Shown here piece after piece: positions 1-12,550 of a DNA stretch of 64,000 nucleotides. A model generated the notes under the pieces. It was not told the origin of the DNA. It saw nothing but the letters and a program-made list of their open reading frames with translations, and ran no database searches. Source of the DNA: Camelus ferus (Eukaryota); assembly GCF_009834535.1 (NCBI RefSeq), contig NC_045696.1:113460001-113524000 (forward strand). The letters run 5' to 3'. The stretch's first letter is position 1. The number at the start of each line of letters is the position of its first letter. A program made the position numbers and the translations under genes.

Positions 1-708
1 AGACAAGAGAAGGACTGATCAGGTCAAATTTTGTTAATCAGATTCGGGGAAGGCCAGCGAGCCATGAGTGTAAAAAAAAAATTACGCGAACTGGCAACAG
101 CCAGCCTTACGGGAGGCCTGGGAATCACTCGGGGTCACCTGAGTCACTAAGGGTGGGACCCGCTCACAGGCTGCCAGCCCGAGGGGACCTTCGGCCCGCT
201 TTTGTGACGGAAGGCGTGTAAGGCAGGTCGCGGCCCAGAGGAGGTCACTGAAACAATGAATTTTTTTTATTTTTTATTTTTTTGCAAATTCGAGGCAGCA
301 CCACCACGAGGGCTGTCGTGGGCCCGTCCGCAGGGCGTCGCTCGGGAGCCACGCACCCCCGAGCGCCGAGGAGGGTCGGGCGTCGGGGAAGCCCCACGCC
401 CTCCCCGCCGGCCCTCCTTCGGCCCCGGGCGCGCCCACGCTCCGCGCTTCCTCCTCACTGCCCGCCAGGCCGCGGCTCCGCGCGCGGGCCACCTCGGGGC
501 CGCGCGGGCGGCGGTGCCCGGCGCCATCCGCGCCCGCTCGGGAAGCCGGGCCGCGAGTCCCAGCGGCGCGCACGCGCGGCCTCCTCCGCAGTGAGCAACC
601 CCGCGGGGGAGGAGGGGATCGCGGCCACGTCACAGCCCGAGGGTTCCGGCGGGGCGGGGCCTCCCGCGGGGCTGCGGCGCTCCAGGCCGGCGCGCGTGCA
701 CCCGCCCC

Positions 709-714
709 CACGTG
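709..714. promoter_or_regulatory. Canonical E-box CACGTG in NR1D2 intron 1 CpG island
   Basis: Exact CACGTG. NR1D2 is an established CLOCK/BMAL1 E-box target; function of this copy is inferred. Confidence 0.5.
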
Positions 715-1107
715 TCCCTGCGGCCCCCGGGANNNNNNNNNNNNNNNNNNNNNNNNNNNNNNNNNNNNNNNNNNNNNNNNNNNNNNNNNNNNNNNNNNNN
801 NNNNNNNNNNNNNNNNNNNNNNNNNNNNNNNNNNNNNNNNNNNNNNNNNNNNNNNNNNNNNNNNNNNNNNNNNNNNNNNNNNNNNNNNNNNNNNNNNNNN
901 NNNNNNNNNNNNNNNNNGGGCCGCGCTGCGGCGTCGCGGGGAGCGGAGAGGGCGGCCTGGGGGGCGCCGAGCGCCGCGGCCGAGGCAAGTCCACGGCGAG
1001 CAGCGGCCCTCCCCGTCGGCCCCCGGCCCCCGCCGCCGCCCTCGGAGGGCCCCGCGGGGCTCCGCGCGTCCCTCCGCCGCGCCCAACCCGCCGCAGTCTG
1101 CTCTTAC

Positions 1108-1123
1108 CCGCATTCACCTCCAT
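1108..1123 (-). CDS. NR1D2: NR1D2 (Rev-erb beta) coding part of exon 1, MEVNA(G); rest of gene is left of the window
   Basis: Minus strand GGCACC-ATG GAG GTG AAT GCG G|GTAAGAG: strong Kozak, 16 coding nt, consensus donor at 1107-1102. MEVNAG matches the NR1D2 N-terminus as I recall it, and the position next to RPL15 fits known synteny. Confidence 0.9.
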
Positions 1124-1869
1124 GGTGCCCTCGGGGAGGGGGCCGAGGCCGCCCGCTTCCCGCAGAGGGGGCAGCGCCGCCGCCGCCTCAGCGCCGCGCC
1201 GCCCCGGGCTGGAGGCAGCGGTGGTCGTGGGGCCCCCTCATGGGCAGGGCGGGCGGGAAGCCCGGACCCAGGCCCCGCGGCCGGAGCTCGGGCTGCGGGG
1301 ACAGAGGGTGGCGGCGGCCGGCGAGCGGCGCTCCTCGCGGGGTCCCTGNNNNNNNNNNNNNNNNNNNNNNNNNNNNNNNNNNNNNNNNNNNNNNNNNNNN
1401 NNNNNNNNNNNNNNNNNNNNNNNNNNNNNNNNNNNNNNNNNNNNNNNNNNNNNNNNNNNNNNNNNNNNNNNNNNNNNNNNNNNNNNNNNNNNNNNNNNNN
1501 NNNNNNNNNNNNNGCCCCTCCCCTCCCCCTCCTCTTCCCGGCCTCCGCCAACGCCTGCTCGCCCTCACCCTGCTTCCCCTCCTCTTCCGCACTTCCCTCC
1601 TCCCGGCCGACCTTCCCGCCTCGGGCTGGGAGTACCCTCCACGTACACCTCCCGAGACCTGCCCCCTCCTCCACCTAGTGACACCTCAGGTCGCCTCGGA
1701 CGTTTACCTGGACGGCCCAGTGGCGCCGAGGAGACCCGCTTTTCATAACCCGGGGCTGGGCCAACCCCTGACCACCCCACAGGTCCGCTCTCCCACCGAC
1801 GGATCTCTAAACGCGGGACTCTGCAGACACAGCCCAAATCTCTTTCCTTTACACCCGCCTCGGTGACTT

Positions 1870-2030
1870 CATCCAATCTAGTAGCTCACATAAACCTGTG
1901 TTCTGATGACTGCCGAATTTACATTTTATTTTCAAACCGTGACCTGTCCTCTGAGCTCCAGATTTCTGTATCCAGCAGCCCGTTTGATTACGCCCCTTTG
2001 ATGTCCTTTAGGCATCTCAAATGTATGTCA
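1870..2030 (+). mobile_element. LINE-2 fragment
   Basis: GACCTGTCCTCTGAGCTCCAGATTTCTGTATCCAGC...GGCATCTCAAA resembles L2 consensus. Confidence 0.55.
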
Positions 2031-2039
2031 AAATGCAGC

Positions 2040-2295
2040 GAATGCACACTTAAGATTTGTGCATTTCACCTTGTATGTAAGATTTACATTAAAAAAAAAA
2101 AAACCTAGAAACAAATGACATGTGCTGAGGTATGAAGAGGGAAGTGCACTGATGTCCGCCAGTTCAATGCATTACAGAAGAAAGATGGATAGAAGTATAG
2201 GAAGGTGGTGGTTGTAGATGTTGTATGCGGGTATTCTCTGTAAAATTCTTTCCAAGATGCTCTTTGAAATTTTCAGCTTAAAATGTTGAAGAAAA
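2040..2295 (+). mobile_element. Old L1M (L1MB/MC-like) 3'-end fragments
   Basis: CACTTAAGATTTGTGCATTTCAC...TATGTAA...poly(A) and GGTATTCTCTGTAAAATTCTTT...AAAATGTTGAAGAAAA are typical L1M 3' termini. Confidence 0.55.
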
Positions 2296-2465
2296 TGGAA
2301 TGTGTAAGACGTTTTAAGTCCAGAAACTTCACTTCTCGCCCTCCCCACCCCCATCACCTGCACGCCCTATCCCATCTCAATCTACTTTTTTGGTAAATCT
2401 CCCACTTCCTAAAGTCAGCAAATCAGGTTTCTCTTCTCTCTCTCTGCTTTTTTAGAAGTTCACTT

Positions 2466-2590
2466 TATTTATTTTTGTTTGGTGCGGGGAGATAATCAGG
2501 TTTATTTATTCTTAGAGGAGTACTGAGTATTGAACCCAGGAGCTCATGCATGCTAAGCATGCGCTTTACAGGTTGAGCTATACTGTCCCC
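2466..2590 (-). mobile_element. Camelid tRNA-derived SINE
   Basis: Reverse complement gives TATAGCTCAA...GCATGCTTAGCATGC...CCTGGGTTCAAT...; pol III A/B boxes, A-rich tail. Confidence 0.85.
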
Positions 2591-3200
2591 GGCTCACTGC
2601 TTTTTATAACGCCATTCAACCCATTAACAGATTTTGAGCTGTTCTACCTTCCTAAGATGTCTTCAGTCTTTATGCTTCTCTGCATCAGCATTACTATTTC
2701 TCCAGATAAAACCACCATCAATAATCTCTTGCCTGGGCTACGGTGATAGTTCCCTAACAGGGAAAATGCTCCTGTATCCACCTACAGTCATTCTCACCAG
2801 TCAGTGTATTTTTTTTTTAATGTAAATGGGATCTGATTACTCTGTGAAAACCCTCCAATAGCTTTTTTTTTTATTTTAAAAACTCCAGTGCCTTAAGCTG
2901 ACCTACAAAGCCCTGCACAATCTCTGAGCCCTGCTTCTCTCTAAGGCCCTCCGCAGGCCCCTCTATACAGCTCTCTACTCAGTGTGGTCCTCTTTCCTTC
3001 CCTACCTCAGCTCTGTATCACGCTCTGTGATGCTGAAGCAAGACTTTGCTGGGCTACACTTTGTAAGCTTGCTTTTTCATTTTAGGTATCAACCACTATC
3101 TGCTTCTGCACAGGTAAAATGAGGCAAATATGCACAGTGTAGAAGGCAGAAATCATAAAGTGGACACCACCCTGAAAAGGCCATGCTGTATGGTTCCAAC

Positions 3201-3502
3201 CAGAGTCATCCCTCAGAGTCCTCAGGGCATCGACTCCAGTACCTCTGCAAATCCCATAATCCACAGATGCTCAAGTCCCTTATATAAAATGGTATAGTAT
3301 TTGCCTGTAATCTACACACATCCTCCCCTATACGTTAAATCATCTCTAGATTACTTATAATACTTAATACAATGTAAATGCTATGTAAATCGTTGCCAGT
3401 ATTCTTTTGGAAACTTTCTGGATTTTTTTTTCCAAGTATTTTCAATCTAAGGTTGGTTGAACCCATAGATGTGGAACCTGCAGGTACAGAGGGCTAACTG
3501 TA
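3201..3502 (+). mobile_element. MER2 (Tigger-derived) DNA transposon
   Basis: AATCCACAGATGCTCAAGTCCCTTATATAAAATGG...CATCTCTAGATTACTTATAATAC...GAGGGCTAACTGTA matches MER2 as recalled. Confidence 0.8.
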
Positions 3503-3861
3503 TGCCCATGGGACTTGCTTCCAACAACCTTCTGAGCAAAAGCTCTAAAAGCATGCTGTACCATGCCCTCTTTGCATCTGGCAATGTTCCAGGGAGTGAC
3601 TATTCCAATAGCTTGCATCCTGGAGTGAGGACCATGACCAATCCTCAAGGAACATGTAGTACAGAATTCCAGCCCANNNNNNNNNNNNNNNNNNNNNNNN
3701 NNNNNNNNNNNNNNNNNNNNNNNNNNNNNNNNNNNNNNNNNNNNNNNNNNNNNNNNNNNNNNNNNNNNNNNNNNNNNNNNNNNNNNNNNNNNNNNNNNNN
3801 NNNNNNNNNNNNNNNNNNNNNNNNNNNNNNNNNNNNNNNNNNNNNNNNNNNNNNNNNNNNN

Positions 3862-4110
3862 GTGGGATAAATGTCAAATGTACAACACCCAGAGTGAACC
3901 TTAATATGTGCTGTGGTCTTTGGATGATGATAATGTGTCAACATAGGTTCATCAGTGGTAACAAATGTACCACTGTGGTGTGGGACATTGACGGTGTTGG
4001 AGGCTGTGTGTGTTTGGGGGGACAGGATGTATGTGGGAACTCTATACTTTTCCATTCAATTTTGCTGTGAACCTAAAACTGCTCTAAAAGGTAAAGTCTA
4101 TTTTAAAAAG
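3862..4110 (+). mobile_element. L1MB/MC 3' end
   Basis: TGTACAACACCCAGAGTGAACCTTAAT...TTTTGCTGTGAACCTAAAACTGCTCTAAAA. Confidence 0.75.
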
Positions 4111-4905
4111 AGAGAGAAAGAAGATACTAACATTTACATTTGAAAAGGAGAAGAGTGGAAGTAAAAATAAGCCATTGCCAAGGAAGCTGGCCCCTCTCTC
4201 GCAAGATAATGCCTATGAAATAAAATCTGTCTATGAGCCTCACATCTTTTGAAGGTTGCCTCCATCCCTTGAGGCTTTGTGGGTAGCTGTCAAAGCAATA
4301 GCCCATGTCAGTCACCAGCCACACCATTGGCCACTGGACTCAGTGCCAGAGGAGGATGCTGAGTGGCATCCGGGTTGGACGGTCCCCAGAGTGCTGTAGC
4401 TGCGGTGGAAATTGCCTTTTGCTGCCGACATTCTAAGGAGCCTCTGTTATGAACCCCATGGAGCCTAAGGGTTAGTCCGTAAGGAATTCTCTAACTCTTC
4501 AGAGTTAGAGAGTGGCTGTGTCTTCAAAAGTCATTTGTTAAAAAAAATGCAAATTTCCTGGGAAAGCTACCTCATCAACCCTTATACCCCAGTGATAGAC
4601 ACCAGCGCCCTGGGAAACCGAACACAGGACTGGTCAACCTGGCTGTGGATAAAAGAGAGGAGAGCCTAAACATTAGGGTGCTCTCATTCCAAACTCAAGT
4701 GAAATAGGGGCACTTCAGCATTTGGACCTGGGTGAAGGAGAGGCATTGGGAGAAAGAGAAAGGAAAAAATAAAAGCTTCCGTAAAGCTAAGGCCAATTAA
4801 AAATGTTTAAGGTTATTCCTCATTTTAAACTATTCTGATGAATCCAGCTAGTTCCCCAAACCACACTTCCTTCCCATTTCAGTTTCACCTCCACTGTGCC
4901 CTGGA

Positions 4906-5290
4906 GCAGCTGTTCTCAAATATTTTGATCTCAGAACCCCTTTACACTCTTGAAATTACTGAAGACCACAGAGTGCTTTTTTCCTGGGCTATAGTTACTG
5001 ATATCTGTCTATTAGAAATGAAAACAGAGATGTGTCTAAAACACAAGCATGCACAGCATATCTGTGACGAAGCAGTGACATCATCACATGTCAACAAACA
5101 GCTTTGGCCGTTTCCTCTGCCACAGCAATCTGCAACTGCTATTCAGCATCATGATATTTGTGATGTCCCTTTTCCAGGCTCTTTTTTTTTTTTTTGGTCT
5201 CTACTGCCTTGGTCATAGTACTAGCTTCTATCTCATTGCCAATTGTGCTTTTATCGTAAACAAAATTTTTTCTATACTTTTTTTTAACTA
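4906..5290 (+). mobile_element. hAT-Charlie-type DNA transposon fragment
   Basis: CAGCTGTTCTCAAA...CTCAGAACCCCTTTACACTCTTGAAATTA terminus. Confidence 0.55.
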
Positions 5291-5399
5291 GAAAAAGAAC
5301 TTAATTACATTATAAGTAAATAATAAACATTTCAACCTAATTACCAGTTATATAGGTATCACTGTGTAAATGTCTTCTCATTTTGTATCTTCATAAAAT

Positions 5400-5765
5400 A
5401 TTCAAGTAAACATATTGCAATATTCTATCCGTGTGTAGGGAAAAAAATCATTCAGACTGAGTAAATCCATTGACACCATCACGATGAGTGACATGTTTAT
5501 GTGCAATCCGGAAACGAGGCACACCTCTGACACACGCACTGCAAGGCGGTAATAACATCTCATGAGATGCAATAAAGTGGAATACAGTTTACTGAAACAG
5601 TCGTGCTGAACAGGAAAATATTTTACACTGTTCCGGTTTTTTAATTTCAATTAGTTAAAATTAAACAAAATGTAAAAATGAGTCCCTCTGCTGCACCAGC
5701 TATGTTTCAAGGGTCAAAAGCCACATGTAACTCATGGTAGTTATATTCACCGTTACAGATTTAGA
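5400..5765 (+). mobile_element. MER3/MER33-like hAT element
   Basis: AAATGTAAAAATGAGTCCCTC...TTTCAAGGGTCAAAAGCCACATGT terminus. Confidence 0.55.
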
Positions 5766-5829
5766 GACTTTCTCACTTGTCCTGAGTCAGTGCGATAAAT
5801 TATTATTGTATCCATGATGTTTGAAGTTT

Positions 5830-6300
5830 AAGTTTTCAGATTTATTGGAATAAACGTGTCTAATTTTCTTATTATCTCTTCCCCGCTAACAGTTCTATAG
5901 TTTATCATTCTTAATTTTGTTCATTTGTGCTTTTTTTTCATTAATCAGTCCTATAAGAGATGTATCTACTTTATTAACTTTTTCAAGGACTCAGTTTTTG
6001 GCTTTATTGATTCATTGTGCAGTATTTGTCTTCAATTCTGATTTCTGCTCCTTTTTTTGCATTTTTAAAAATGTATTGTTTATTTAGGGGGTGGTAATTA
6101 GGTATAAAATCAATCAGACTGATTTTAAGGGAGGCACTGAGGAATTGAACCCAGGACCTTGTGCATGCTTAGCTATACCCTCCCTACTCTGTTGGTGTTT
6201 TTTTTTTTTTCTGCTTTTTTTTCCCTGCTCTTTATCTTGATCTCTCTCCTTCTGTTCTGTTTTAATTTGATTTTTCTAACTTCTTAACTTGGACCTGTAT
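5830..6300 (-). mobile_element. Old L1 ORF2-region fragment interrupted by a SINE
   Basis: T-rich TTTATTAACTTTTTCAAGGAC...TTTATTGATT...CTGATTTCTGCTC is antisense L1-like. Confidence 0.5.
6075..6186 (-). mobile_element. Camelid tRNA-derived SINE
   Basis: GAATTGAACCCAGGACCTTGTGCATGCTTAGCTATACCCTCCC, with a short internal deletion. Confidence 0.8.
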
Positions 6301-6399
6301 CTCATTATGTTTGCGTCATTACATCAGAGTCTATTTCTCCTATTAGTAACTAAGGACACCTCAGGGATGTAGCTTCCACTCATCCTCTCCTCTTACAGG

Positions 6400-6925
6400 A
6401 GTATTCCAGTTACTACTGCAGTGGAACCAAACACCCCGGAACGTAGCAGTTTTAAATGGAGCAATTATTTTATTATCTCTGATGGTTTCTATGGGTCAGG
6501 CATTTGGCTGGGCATTTCTGGCTCAGTGTCTCTCATTAGTGGCAATCAGACAGTAAGCAGAGCCCAGATAGCAGGGGCTGGAGCGCGAAGGGCCAGCCCA
6601 GCCATTCTCTCTCTCCAGGTAGGTGCAAGTCTTCTGCACGTGGTGTCTCCATGTGGGCTCCCTTACAACACGATGCTCACAGCGCAGCTCAGGGCTCCAT
6701 TTTAAGTGTCCCAGAGAACAGGGCAAAAGTTGCATCACCTTTTCTGCCTGAGCTTCAGAAGTCAGGCAGCATCAGTTTTGCTGCATTATTGCTTACAAAG
6801 GAAGTAACAAGCACACAGAGAGTTGAAGGTAGGGCACACAGACTTCATCTCTTCATAAGAGGAGCATCAAGGTCATATTGTGAATAGAATGTAAGATGGA
6901 ACACACTGTGCAGCTGTCACTGTTC
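6400..6925. mobile_element. MLT1 (MaLR) solo LTR
   Basis: TTTATTATCTCTGATGGTTTCTATGGGTCAGGCATTTGG...ACTTCATCTCTTCATAAGAGGAGCATCAAGG. Confidence 0.65.
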
Positions 6926-7994
6926 AAACAGGGAACAATTCTAAAGAGTAGCATATGCAGTTCACCTTGACTTGAGGACCACATTACAGTCTCAGCTTTA
7001 AGATGCTGTACTTCTCAAGGTGAACATTTTCATCCCCTCTCCTGACAGCATTTTCTAAGTGTTAGGATAAGGAGAATGGATGCTCCAGAGACAGGAATGA
7101 ATCAGGTAACAAGTGGGCACAGAAAGGCTTCCACTCCAGATGATGCTTTCATTTTTGAGGTTATGCTGTGTGGAGCTGAAGGTCAGTAGAATGACACTTC
7201 AAATACAGACCCAGTCTGTCGCCTATTCTGAGTCCTTTATTGTCCAACATCAATAATATCTGATGGAACGGGACAGCTCCCTCAGAGAAGAATCTAGTAA
7301 GAAAACAGTTTTATGTCTACATGTAATGAGTGCAATGTATACAACGTCACATAAAAATCCAAGCCCATCCACAGTAGAAACCATCTGGCCAAGATGCCTC
7401 ATTGAATAGAGTGGAGAAGTATCTAATGCCATCTGGATACCCTACTGGAATTTTTTTCAAGTGTTCCATTGATTTAATAACATACTAAACAAATATGAAA
7501 ATAAAGAAAAAGTTGCAAGGCAGTTCAATACATAAAATACAATAAGAAATGCCTGATTATCTTCAATATTCTCTATCATAGTTTGAAAAACAAACCTACA
7601 ATAATTTTTCTGGGAAGGAGGGGTGAAGAAAAAAACATCAAGTACAAAAGCTAGCTCTAACAACGGGGCATGTTATCTTACTAAAGGAGCAATGCATATT
7701 GCTGGTCCTTTCACAGATTTTCCCACCTAATTTTCCTATGTCTTCTTTTGAAAACTCATCTAATTGAGAAATCCCTCCCAGCAGTGGAATCTGTCCTGGA
7801 GTGGCTCCATTAACTGACCGTCCTCCTAAATTCTCTGCCCCAAATTCTCACCAACACTCACAGGCGACTTAGAGGCTCAGGTGTCTCTTTTTCCAGCAAT
7901 CAATTCCTCCCCTCTCAGCCTCAGTTTATCAGCAACTCTCCTCAGCTGGTGGATTCTTCAGTGCTTCCTTCCCTCCCTAGGAAGGTAATCCGGA

Positions 7995-8180
7995 TGAATG
8001 GTTATCAAAGCCCGGCCACTGGATCAGTAGCATCAGCCTGTTAGATGCTGTGAGAATTGCAATTGCTTGGGCACCACTGCAAACACAGTGAATCAGAAAC
8101 TCTGCAGGGGATGCCAGCAATTTGTATTTTAACACCCCCTCCAGGTGATTCTGGTGCACTGGCTTAGAGACCAGTAGCAT
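7995..8180. mobile_element. MER5A-like hAT
   Basis: GAATCAGAAACTCTG...TTTTAACACCCCCTCCAGGTGATTCTG. Confidence 0.75.
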
Positions 8181-8974
8181 CTACCACCAGAGAACTGATC
8201 GGCTTAAGCAGTCACTGTATCACCTACGTGACTAAGCGCACAAAGCTTAGAGGCTGCCTCTTTCCAGGTTATCTGCATCGTGCCTCCAAGCAAGCAGGAT
8301 TTCTGCCCTGTAATATGTACGGTATACGACAGGATAGAATTCTAAATGCAAGGAAGTCTTTGCTTTAAGGCATAGCCCACAATGCCTGGGCTTCTGACTT
8401 CAGTTATTGCTCAAGGGGTGGGTGTATTTCTGCCCATAGACTATAGGAGAAACCTACTATTATCATTAAATCATTATGCTTGTCACCAATGAAACTTTGC
8501 CAATTATCTATAAATTTACCTACTAACAATCTAGAAAACAAATATATTTCTAAGGCTTAGACCCTTCTCCTTTCTGGCTGTGTAAGAAATACAAAATATT
8601 TCGATAGTAGTAAGAATAGGATGATGATTTAAATCTCGATCAATATCCAGGACCATCTCTGAGCTTCTAAATTCACATAAAAACTCATTTTTCCTCCTCA
8701 TGATAGTTTCTATAAAAGAAAATTGGAGAGGAAATTCCTTACCACTTAACCTACAGACTGCATACTGATTATTTACATATCTGGATTTCACTGTTTTACA
8801 GGCACTGCAGATAAACATGGGGAGGTCCAAGACTATCATCTGTAACTGACATACGGGGCTTGTGGACTAGCGTTGATCTTTTCTGTATGGGAAGAGAGTC
8901 TCAGAAGAGAATTTTAGCAAAGAGGCCAAATGTAATTTCTTCGGAGCAAGCTAAGAGGCACTTTGATCATCTAC

Positions 8975-9148
8975 TACCTCCCTGTTCAAAGTGTGGTCCC
9001 GGACCAAATGCATTGGCATCACCTGGGGGCCAGTAAGAAATGCAGCATCTCAAGCCCAGCTCTGGAGTTACTGAAGCAGAATCTGCCTGCTAACCAGGGC
9101 TCCTGGTGACTTGTATGCACAGTGAAGTCTGAGAAGCCAGCTCTGCTA
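8975..9148. mobile_element. MER5A-like hAT
   Basis: TCAAAGTGTGGTCCCGGACC...GCATCACCTGGG...AGAAATGCAG...TGAGAAGCCAG. Confidence 0.8.
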
Positions 9149-9194
9149 GACAGGAAGACAGAGTTTTTGCAGCAGGAGTGCTCTCTGGAGGGCC

Positions 9195-9740
9195 ATGGTC
9201 AGCAGCCTTCTAAGAGGGTCCCCCAGAACCCTTACCTCCTGGTATTTACTCCCTTGTACAATCCCCTCCCCTTGAGCCTTGAGTGTGAACTGGACGTAGT
9301 AACTTGCTTCTAAAAACAGAATATAGCAAAGTGATGCGATGTTACTTCTGAGATTATGTTATGAAAGCCTGAGACTATCTTGTTCTCTTTCTGGCTCTCC
9401 TTACCTGCTCATCCCAATAAAGCAAGCAGCAACCTTGGGAGCTGCCCTCTGGAGAGACTCACATGGTAAAGAACTTGTTGGCTGAACAACAGCCAACAAG
9501 GAACTGGATCCTGCCAACAAGCAGTGCGGGAGCTCAGGCAGATCTTTCCCCAGCTCAGCCCCAAGAGAACTCCAGCCACAACCAATACCTTGATTTTAGC
9601 CCACGGAGACCCTGAAGCAGAGAACCCAGTTAAGCTGCCTATGGATTTCTGACCCACAGAAAGGTAAGATAATCAATGTTGATGTTTTAAGCCAATAAGA
9701 TTTAGGGTAATTGGTAACTCAGTAATCGATGACTATGACT
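9195..9740 (+). mobile_element. MLT1 (F/E-type) solo LTR
   Basis: CTCCTGGTATTTACTCCCTTGTACAATCCCCTCCCCTTGAG...TTTTAAGCCAATAAGATTTAGGG. Confidence 0.75.
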
Positions 9741-9994
9741 AACAAAAGAGGCAATCAGCAGATCAAGGACATTGAAAATTCAAACATGTCCAGATTCCCC
9801 TGAAGCCACAGGGATCTAATAGGTAGATAAATAAACATGGCCTAGTAGAGCCAACACCTGGAAAGATTTTCTCTGAGTTCAAGGTGAAAAGTGAGACTAC
9901 AAACAGTGGGATTGGTTGAAAGTTTGCATAAGTGACGCAACAGATCCCATCCTATACTGTAGCATTGCAGCCAACAGTTTCCTAGAGCTCCCTG

Positions 9995-9995
9995 A

Positions 9996-10028
<33 letters not shown>

Positions 10029-10031
10029 ACA
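9995..10031. repeat. (CA)n microsatellite
   Basis: Directly visible, one interruption. Confidence 0.95.
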
Positions 10032-10515
10032 CGTCCGATCAGCATTTTAATGCTTCATTCATATATAAACAGATAGCAGTGGATCACTAGACTTCTGAGG
10101 GAAGATTCTATCATGATAAAGAATGTAAGAACTAAGAAACAACATACTAGGAACAAGAAAAGAAATAGCATTTTTAAGGATATCATTTAGAAATACCAGG
10201 GAGATACTGAAAGAGTTAAGGATGGGGAAGAAAGGGCAGGGTACCCCTGTTATTCGTCGTAAACCTTGTTGTACTATTTGATTACTTAAAGTATGTAAAT
10301 TTTTTAGCTTGATGAAAATAAAACTTACTTTAAACACAAAAACTGTTCAGTTCCCCTTAAACATCGCCATCTTCCAAGATAATCAGTAGAGAACATACTG
10401 GTAGAGAAGTACAGAGGGGCTGTTATTAGGTGCTGGACTTGCTTTCTCACTGTTCTCAATGGTCAGGGTATCACTAGTGGAAATCAGTCTCTTTCTTCCA
10501 AATTAAAAGAATAAA

Positions 10516-10650
10516 AAGGGGGGGGTATAGCTCAAGTGGTAGAGTGCACGCTTAGCATGCACAGGGTCCTGGGTTCAATCCCCAGTACCTCCTCTAAAAA
10601 TAAACAAATAAATCTAATTATCTACCCCCCTAAAAATAATAAAATTTAAA
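10516..10650 (+). mobile_element. Camelid tRNA-derived SINE with target-site duplication
   Basis: Full head and tail; TTAAAAGAATAAA at 10503-10515 and 10646-10658 (L1-endonuclease TT/AAAA site). Confidence 0.92.
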
Positions 10651-10669
10651 AGAATAAAGAATCCTTTGG

Positions 10670-11100
10670 CCCCATAATTCCACTTCTGGGACTCTGTCCT
10701 AATAATCCTAAATATTTCTAATCTTTTTGTGAAGTTATATATAGCTCTGTTTATTTATTACTACAAAATTGGCAAATCCTTAACTGCCCAACCAAAAGAA
10801 AATATGAATAAATTCCCCCTAAACTTTAAGAAGAATGTTTATGAAGATGAGGTAATACCGTGAAAATGTCAATAATCTAATGTTCAGTGAGAAAATCAGT
10901 ATAAAAATTGCATATGAAGTCATATGACAACTATTAAAAAATTATATGCATAAGAAAAGATTGGAAGAATCCATCAAAAGGCTTACAATGGTTTTGTTTC
11001 AGTGGTGATGTTATAGATTTTTTTTCTTTTTACTTTGTACATCTTCAAAAACATTTCAAATTTTTATATCAGTATTACAATGAAAATACTTGAAAATTTG
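10670..11100 (+). mobile_element. L1ME-like 3' fragment
   Basis: AATTCCACTTCTGGGACTCTGTCC...TACAATGGTTTTG...GATTTTTTTCTTTTTACTTTG. Confidence 0.55.
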
Positions 11101-11169
11101 AATTTAAATTAATTTTTACATTTAAAAAATTTTAGAGCTTACTATTTTGAGAGAGAGTCTACCAACTTT

Positions 11170-11295
11170 GCTTTTTTTTGGCAGAAGCAGATAATTAGGC
11201 TTATTTATTTTCTCTTAATGGAGGTACTAGGGATTGAACCCAGGACCTGGTACATGCTAAGCATACAATCTTCTATTGAGCTACACCCTTGCCCC
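11170..11295 (-). mobile_element. Camelid tRNA-derived SINE
   Basis: GGGATTGAACCCAGGACCTGGTACATGCTAAGC...TGAGCTACACCC. Confidence 0.85.
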
Positions 11296-11924
11296 TGGAG
11301 CTTACCGTTTTGAATCTGCCAACTTAGCCTAAAAAAACCCATAGGATTTTTTTAATGGCAGTCATTTCAAGCCCATAGAGAGTTGATTCTTTGACAAGCT
11401 TATGAATTCAAATATTTTAGTCAAAATTATCCCAACATTGATAAATTTTCAGAAAGAAAGTATGAACTACAGAAATCCATTAGGCCAATCTGACTTGAAT
11501 AATCTATTGCTGAACAAATCAATAATTAATCAATTTTGTGTATGGTGAAGTTAAACTATTTCAAATATTTCACACTTTCACTTTGGCTTGCTGGAATCAT
11601 TTTCCTAAAAATGAAATTTCTCCCTCAAAATCTTATTTCAAAAAGTTACTTCATTGATCAGATTTTTTTTCTCCTCAAACAGAACTTCAACCATTAAGAT
11701 TTCTGTCAAGGACTTATTTCTTCCAAGTCTATCTGCTTTACCAAATTTTGTAGACCTTCATTTCACCCAGATTTAATTCTATTATTTTTGAGTCGACCAC
11801 AAAACTTACCATGTTAACTTTTAGCCATTGTCAGTTTTATTTTTAATTTAAGAGTCATTATGAATTTAATTTTTTAGCCCTGTTGGTTTCTGTTTTTCTA
11901 GTTCATGGAAAACCTGATAAACTT

Positions 11925-12550
11925 CTCATCCTGACAATGACAGCAGCCTCCTAATTGGTCTCTCTGCCTCTACTCTCGCCATCCCGCCCCCACCCAACAT
12001 CCATTCTTAGTGATCTTTTTAAAAGCTAAATCAAACTACATCACTTCCCAGCTTAAAACCCTCCAATAGCTCTTCATTTCCCATGGAATGAAATCTAAGG
12101 TCTTTCCCCTGGCTTAGATGGTCCCATGTGACCTGGGCCCTGCCTCTTTCCCCAACCTCATCCCCTTCCACTCTCCCTGATTTCAGGCCTCCTTTTCTTA
12201 CCTCCCAAGCTCATTCCCAACTCAGGGTCTTTACATTTGCTATTCCTTCTGCCTGGAACACGTTTCTCTCAGGTCATCACTGGGAGACTCCTAGCCTCCA
12301 CATCTTATCTGTTTCATCTCTTTCGGGAGACCTCCCTAATTCCTATTTAATGTCAGCCACCTTTGCTCCACAACTCTTGTCACTATATGAAATTATTTTA
12401 TTTACATACTTGTTTATTGTCACCACTACTAAAATAGGGGGCACAGGGGAGCAGGGACCTTATACATCTCGTTCACTGGTGTATTTCATTCTCCTGACAC
12501 ATGGTTATTCCTCAATAAATATTTGTGGAATGGACAAATAAATGAATGAT
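11925..12550 (+). mobile_element. LINE-2 3' end
   Basis: CAGCCTCCTAATTGGTCTCTCTGCC...CTCAATAAATATTTGTGGAATG...AATGAATGA terminus. Confidence 0.8.

Larger units (their letters stand above)
250..1860. promoter_or_regulatory. NR1D2: CpG island covering NR1D2 promoter, exon 1 and start of intron 1
   Basis: Very high GC and CpG density; contains two N gaps (733-917, 1349-1513). Confidence 0.9.

Noticed and set aside
256-1876. Long overlapping ORFs (up to 488 aa) on both strands
   Set aside because: GC-rich island lacks stops and the ORFs span N gaps; only MEVNAG before the donor is real.
2041-2089. Inverted ATGTAA/TTACAT D-box-like pair and an 8-bp hairpin upstream of NR1D2
   Set aside because: Part of a standard old L1 3' terminus (CACTTAAGATTTGTGCATTTCAC...TATGTAA), so not evidence of a clock element.
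8619-8665. ATGATGA ... CTGA resembling a C/D-box snoRNA
   Set aside because: Boxes too close, no terminal stem, intergenic.
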